Shown here: positions 59,954-64,000 of the stretch, piece after piece
How positions within the stretch are numbered: the stretch's first letter is position 1
How the letters are laid out: each line of letters starts with the position of its first letter
NCBI GenBank assembly: GCA_965222075.1
Contig: OZ244937.1
Location: forward strand, 320,001-384,000
Direction of reading: 5' to 3'
DNA from: Candidatus Latescibacterota bacterium
Lineage (GTDB): Bacteria; Latescibacterota; UBA2968; GCA-2709665
Length of the DNA: 64,000 nt
Notes under the pieces: generated by a model
The model's database searches: none
The model's input: only the letters and a program-made list of their open reading frames with translations
Told to the model about the DNA's origin: nothing
Position numbers and translations under genes: made by a program

Positions 59954-61628
59954 TCAGCTTCCGCCAGCGTTCATCCTGATCTTCGGGGCGCTGCTGGTAC
60001 CGCTGCTGCGCGGGCGTCTGCAAGCGGCTTATATGCTGCTTTTACCGGTATTGGGGTTTGTCCATCTGGTTGGCCTTTCTCATGGTGCGTACTGGCAGAT
60101 GTCCATTTTTGACTACACCCTGACGCTGGTCCGGATCGATAAGCTCAGCCTTGTTTTCGGCTATATCTTCCATATTGCCGCCTTTCTCACCGTGGTCTAC
60201 GCCCTCCATGTGAAGGACAACACGCAGCATGTGGCCGGGCTGATTTACGTGGGGAGCGCAATTGGGGCCGTTTTTGCAGGCGATTTGATCACGCTGTTTG
60301 TGTACTGGGAACTCACGGCGGTCGCATCGGTGTTTCTGATCTGGAGCCGCCGGACCGAGCGTGCGTACGCCGCGGGTATGCGATACCTGATTGTCCAGGT
60401 GGGGTCAGGGGTTCTGCTGCTTGCGGGCACTCTTTTCCATCTCCAGGCAACCGGCTCGGTCGCGTTCAATTTCCTGGGGCTTAACAGCCTGGGGACCACG
60501 CTGATTTTTATTGCGTTTGGCATCAAGTGCGCGTTTCCTTTGCTCCACAGCTGGCTCCAGGATGCCTATCCCGAAGCAACGGTGACGGGGGCGGTGGTCC
60601 TGAGCGCTTTTACGACCAAGCTGGCGGTTTATGCCCTGGCGCGGGGTTTTCCGGGGACGGAAATTTTGATCCCGATCGGTGCGGTCATGGCCGCTTTTCC
60701 CATCTTCTATGCGGTGATCGAGAACGATCTCAGGCGTGTGCTGGCCCACAGCCTGAACAACCAGCTGGGCTTTATGGTTGTGGGCATCGGGATTGGAACG
60801 GAGATGGCGCTGAACGGCGCGGCGTCGCACGCGGTTGTCCATATTCTCTACAAAGCCCTGTTGTTTATGTCGATGGGCGCCGTGCTTTATCGGACGGGAA
60901 CCGTCAACGGATCGGAGCTGGGCGGGTTGTACAAATCCATGCCCTATACCACGGTCTTCTGTATTGTGGGCGCCGCTTCGATCTCGGCCTTTCCTTTTTT
61001 CAGCGGTTTTGTCACCAAGTCGATGATTGTTGCCGCAACGGCCGATGGGCACTATGTGCTTCCCTGGCTGGTGCTGCTGTTCGCCTCTGTGGCGGTGTAT
61101 GCGGGAATCAAGGTCCCCTTTTGCGCGTTTTTCGCCCACGATTCGGGGATGCGCTGCAAGGAGGCGCCCCTGAATATGCTGATCGCGATGGGGCTGACTG
61201 CGGCCCCGTGTATTCTGATCGGTATTTTCCCGAGACCCCTTTATCAGATGCTGCCCTACGCCGTGAATTACGATCCCTACACGACGAGCCACGTGATCAC
61301 GCAGTGGCAGCTTTTGTTCTGGTCCGGTCTGGCTTTCACGTTTTTAAAGCTAACGGGCATTTACCCGCCCGAGTTGAAGGCTGCGAATCTGGACAGCGAC
61401 TGGGTCTACCGCCGGTTGCTGCCCGTCACGGTCAACACCTTCGTGCGGGTCGGCGGTCCGGTGCGCGATAGCGTCCTGGGTAGCTTCAAGACGCAGATTG
61501 GCGTGGTGATCGCCGGCATACACCAGGTTCACGGACCCCAGGGTATTCTGGCGCGAACCTGGCTTACTGGCAGTGCGGTGCTGCTGGTCACGATTTTCCT
61601 GGCGGCCTATTTGATCTTTTATTTTTAA
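59946..61628 (+). CDS. Mrp antiporter subunit D/A-like, copy 3 with C-terminal extension
   Basis: YWELT, IKCAFPLLHSWLQDAYP, SAFTTK, ENDLRR, HILYK. Confidence 0.88.
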   Translation: MVDQLPPAFILIFGALLVPLLRGRLQAAYMLLLPVLGFVHLVGLSHGAYWQMSIFDYTLTLVRIDKLSLVFGYIFHIAAFLTVVYALHVKDNTQHVAGLIYVGSAIGAVFAGDLITLFVYWELTAVASVFLIWSRRTERAYAAGMRYLIVQVGSGVLLLAGTLFHLQATGSVAFNFLGLNSLGTTLIFIAFGIKCAFPLLHSWLQDAYPEATVTGAVVLSAFTTKLAVYALARGFPGTEILIPIGAVMAAFPIFYAVIENDLRRVLAHSLNNQLGFMVVGIGIGTEMALNGAASHAVVHILYKALLFMSMGAVLYRTGTVNGSELGGLYKSMPYTTVFCIVGAASISAFPFFSGFVTKSMIVAATADGHYVLPWLVLLFASVAVYAGIKVPFCAFFAHDSGMRCKEAPLNMLIAMGLTAAPCILIGIFPRPLYQMLPYAVNYDPYTTSHVITQWQLLFWSGLAFTFLKLTGIYPPELKAANLDSDWVYRRLLPVTVNTFVRVGGPVRDSVLGSFKTQIGVVIAGIHQVHGPQGILARTWLTGSAVLLVTIFLAAYLIFYF

Positions 61629-61654
61629 GAACCCGGGTTCAGCTGTTCTTTTGC

Positions 61655-61696
61655 TTTTGGCCTTTTTCTTGTTCGCCCAGGAAAAAGGCCGAAAAA
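61655..61696. terminator. Inverted repeat after the Mrp module
   Basis: ttttggcctttttcttg-ttcgcc-caggaaaaaggccgaaaa. Confidence 0.5.
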
Positions 61697-61739
61697 GAAG
61701 GGCGCCTGCCTGCGTGGCGGCGTTCGGCGATATTTGCAC

Positions 61740-61768
61740 TTGACTTTTTCAATGTATCCCTGTTAATT
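61740..61768 (+). promoter_or_regulatory. Putative internal sigma70 promoter for nuoN-atp
   Basis: TTGACT-N17-TTAATT in an AT-rich 175-bp gap. Confidence 0.45.
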
Positions 61769-61803
61769 AACGTTACTAATGTTTCTTTCCGGGGTTTTTT
61801 GCC

Positions 61804-63249
61804 GTGGTTGATCTGAATTGGACCATTCTTATTCCCTCGCTGATCGTGACGGGATTTGTCCTGCTGGTGTTGTGTATCGACATCATCTGGCCGGTGAACC
61901 GGGGGACGGGGGCGGCCTATACGGCGCTGGTGGGCACGGTTGCGGCGCTGGTCGCCTCGGTGTGGCTCTGGGGCCGGTGCGAGTACAACGGGATCAGCGG
62001 GATGCTGGTTCTGGACAATTTTGCGCTCTTTTCCAACATCATTTTTCTGATCGGCACAGGGCTGACCATTTTTATCTCTATGGGTTATTTGCAGCGGGAG
62101 GATAGCGGCCGCAGCGAGTACTATCTGCTGCTTTTGACGGCGACGCTGGGCATGATGTTGATGGCCGCCGGAGCCGATCTGATCGTGATCTTCCTGGGCG
62201 TGGAGCTGATGTCGATCTCGCTCTATATCCTGGTGGGGTTTATGCGGGGTCGGCCGATCTCCAACGAGGGCTCGCTGAAGTACCTGCTCTTGGGGGCGTT
62301 TGCGACCGGTTTTCTGCTCTACGGGATCGCCCTGGTCTACGGGGCGCTTGGCACCACCAACCTGCGGGAGATCCAACAGGCGCTTGTGCAGGGGCGGATC
62401 AACAGCGATCTGATGCTGCTGGCGGGGCTGGCGCTGCTGATTGTAGGGTTCGCTTTCAAGGTGGCGGCCGTTCCCTTCCATATGTGGACGCCCGATGTGT
62501 ACGAGGGGGCGCCGACGGCGATTACGGCTTTTATTTCGGCAGGCCCCAAGGCGGCTGCGTTTGCGGCCTTCTTCAGGGTGCTGATGTTTTCGATGGCGCC
62601 GCTGCAGGACGAGTGGGCCGCGCCGCTGTGGGTGCTGGCGGTGTTGACGATGACGGTGGGCAACCTGGGCGCGCTCACTCAGCGGAGCATCAAACGGATG
62701 CTGGCTTATTCGAGCGTGGCGCACGCCGGCTATGTGCTGGTGGCGCTGGCGGCGGCCAGCGAGAAGGGGGTCAGCGCCGCGCTGTTTTACCTTTTGGCCT
62801 ATACCTTTATGAATATCGGGGCCTTTGCGGTTGTTATCCTGGTGGGGCGGAAAGGGGAGGAGAACCTGGATATTTCGAGCTACGCCGGGCTGGGCTTTCG
62901 ACACCCGGGCCTGGGGCTGGCGATGACCCTGTTTATGGTGTCGCTGGCGGGGCTGCCGCCCACCGCGGGGTTTTTCGGGAAGTTCTACATTTTCAGTGCG
63001 GCGGTTGAGGCTGATCTGGTTTCCTTAGCCATTATCGGGGTGCTCAACAGCCTGGTGTCGGTCTATTTCTACCTGGGGGTTGTTGTCAGTATGTATATGA
63101 GACAACCCGTGGAAGAGGCATCGGTTTCATCCATGCCCTTATTTGCGCGGGCTGCGCTTCTGGTGGCGTCTGTGGCGACCCTCTATATCGGTCTTTCACC
63201 TTCTCGGTTTCTGGCGTATGCACGGGAGACGGTGGATTCGCTGATGTGA
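61804..63249 (+). CDS. nuoN: NADH-quinone oxidoreductase subunit N
   Basis: ELMSI, EGSLKY, FKVAAVPFHMWTPDVYEGAPT, KRMLAYSS, GFFGKF. Confidence 0.96.
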   Translation: MVDLNWTILIPSLIVTGFVLLVLCIDIIWPVNRGTGAAYTALVGTVAALVASVWLWGRCEYNGISGMLVLDNFALFSNIIFLIGTGLTIFISMGYLQREDSGRSEYYLLLLTATLGMMLMAAGADLIVIFLGVELMSISLYILVGFMRGRPISNEGSLKYLLLGAFATGFLLYGIALVYGALGTTNLREIQQALVQGRINSDLMLLAGLALLIVGFAFKVAAVPFHMWTPDVYEGAPTAITAFISAGPKAAAFAAFFRVLMFSMAPLQDEWAAPLWVLAVLTMTVGNLGALTQRSIKRMLAYSSVAHAGYVLVALAAASEKGVSAALFYLLAYTFMNIGAFAVVILVGRKGEENLDISSYAGLGFRHPGLGLAMTLFMVSLAGLPPTAGFFGKFYIFSAAVEADLVSLAIIGVLNSLVSVYFYLGVVVSMYMRQPVEEASVSSMPLFARAALLVASVATLYIGLSPSRFLAYARETVDSLM

Positions 63250-63528
63250 ATGAAGCGTGAAGAAGGATCGAGTTGGATGCAGGTTTACCGGCAGGTCGGG
63301 TCTTATCTGGGCATCGGCATCGAGTTTGTGGTTGCTATTCTGCTCTGTCTTTTTGCAGGGCGGTGGCTGGACGGCAAACTGGGAACGGAGCCGATTCTGA
63401 TGCTGGTGGGGGCGTTTGTGGGGATGGCAATCGGTTTTTACAGCTTTATTCGAACGGTTTTGCGGCTTCAGGAAGGGGAGGTGCGGGGGGCTGAAAAGGA
63501 GGAAGAGAAGCCGGAAGACGCGGAGTGA
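63250..63528 (+). CDS. AtpZ/AtpI-family ATP synthase accessory protein
   Basis: GIEFV, GRWLDGKLGTEP; first gene of atp operon. Confidence 0.85.
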   Translation: MKREEGSSWMQVYRQVGSYLGIGIEFVVAILLCLFAGRWLDGKLGTEPILMLVGAFVGMAIGFYSFIRTVLRLQEGEVRGAEKEEEKPEDAE

Positions 63529-63929
63529 AGGTGGATCTCTCCGGATTTGTCAAACAGGTGGGGCTTGTCCTGGCCGGAGCGCTGGTGCTGGGAGGGTATC
63601 CCCTGTATGCCTATGCCGATGCCGCGGCGATCTGGGGCGTGGTTCTGGGGTGCGGGATCTGTGTGCTGAACGCGCTGGCCGGTTGCACTTCGGCTGTCTG
63701 GGCGTTTGAAAAACCGCACAAGGTCTTCGTGAGGACGTTGTTTGGCGGGATGGCCGTTCGGTTGTTGGCGATGGGCCTGGTCTTTTTTCTGTTGATCAAG
63801 TTTACAGGAGTGCACGTGCTGGGGCTGGCAATTTCTCTCTTTCTGTTTTACGTGCTGTTCCAGGTCCTGGAAATCCGATTTTTGATGGGGCATCTGCCCG
63901 CCCGCGAGGTCTCAAAGGAGAGGGCATAA
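63525..63929 (+). CDS. atpI: ATP synthase subunit I-like membrane protein
   Basis: 4 TMs, GGMAVRL; between atpZ and putative atpB. Confidence 0.7.
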   Translation: MKVDLSGFVKQVGLVLAGALVLGGYPLYAYADAAAIWGVVLGCGICVLNALAGCTSAVWAFEKPHKVFVRTLFGGMAVRLLAMGLVFFLLIKFTGVHVLGLAISLFLFYVLFQVLEIRFLMGHLPAREVSKERA

Positions 63930-63933
63930 CGCA

Positions 63934-64000
63934 ATGGCCGAGGGCGTCGAAAGCGCTGCTGCCGGGCACGGTGCCGAGCGGGTCGATTTTATGGAGCATG
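63934..64000 (+). CDS. atpB: Probable ATP synthase F0 subunit a, 5' end (partial)
   Basis: MAEGVESAAAGHGAERVDFMEH after AAGGAG; assigned by position only. Confidence 0.5.
   Translation, partial: MAEGVESAAAGHGAERVDFMEH

Noticed and set aside
61705-61727. Further CCTGCCTGC element before nuoN
   Set aside because: Only the left arm is present, so at most a relic

Overview
GC-rich Gram-negative bacterial chromosome segment. The EF-hand/dockerin-like surface protein, nfeD-floA, nuo gene order and atpZ/I suggest an uncultured FCB-superphylum lineage such as Latescibacterota; this is inference only. From left to right: decayed receiver-domain genes; an FN3/Ig-repeat surface protein and a cadherin-like protein; a four-gene metallo-hydrolase operon; a lower-GC islet ending at tRNA-Met (patatin-Omp85, ISKra4 remnant, kinase-like-Omp85, DUF4956, SdiA-regulated); nfeD-floA-yqfB; tRNA-Leu with a small islet (diadenylate cyclase, higB remnant); an LPS/ADP-heptose cluster; P-II; Ldh2; LysR-fumC and frdABCD; housekeeping genes (hemB, trpS); and a ~21 kb bioenergetic cluster. 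That cluster is nuoABCDEFGH-JKLM, a complete 10-gene Mrp-type Na+/H+ antiporter module inserted before nuoN, then the start of the ATP synthase operon. Best non-obvious signals: (1) a family of 27-33 bp CCTGCCT...AGGCAGG hairpin elements whose lengths are all multiples of 3, which nest in each other and sit in frame inside a gene, where removal exactly restores a conserved motif; (2) an unannotated Trp-Trp leader peptide with a full 1:2/2:3/3:4 attenuator upstream of trpS; (3) the Mrp module inside a nuoI-less complex I operon; (4) an Omp85 barrel carrying a kinase-like domain in a phosphate-linked gene trio; (5) a deoxyhypusine-synthase-like domain fused to the heptose adenylyltransferase in a gmhA-less heptose operon. 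Several single-base frameshifts in homopolymers look like long-read errors.
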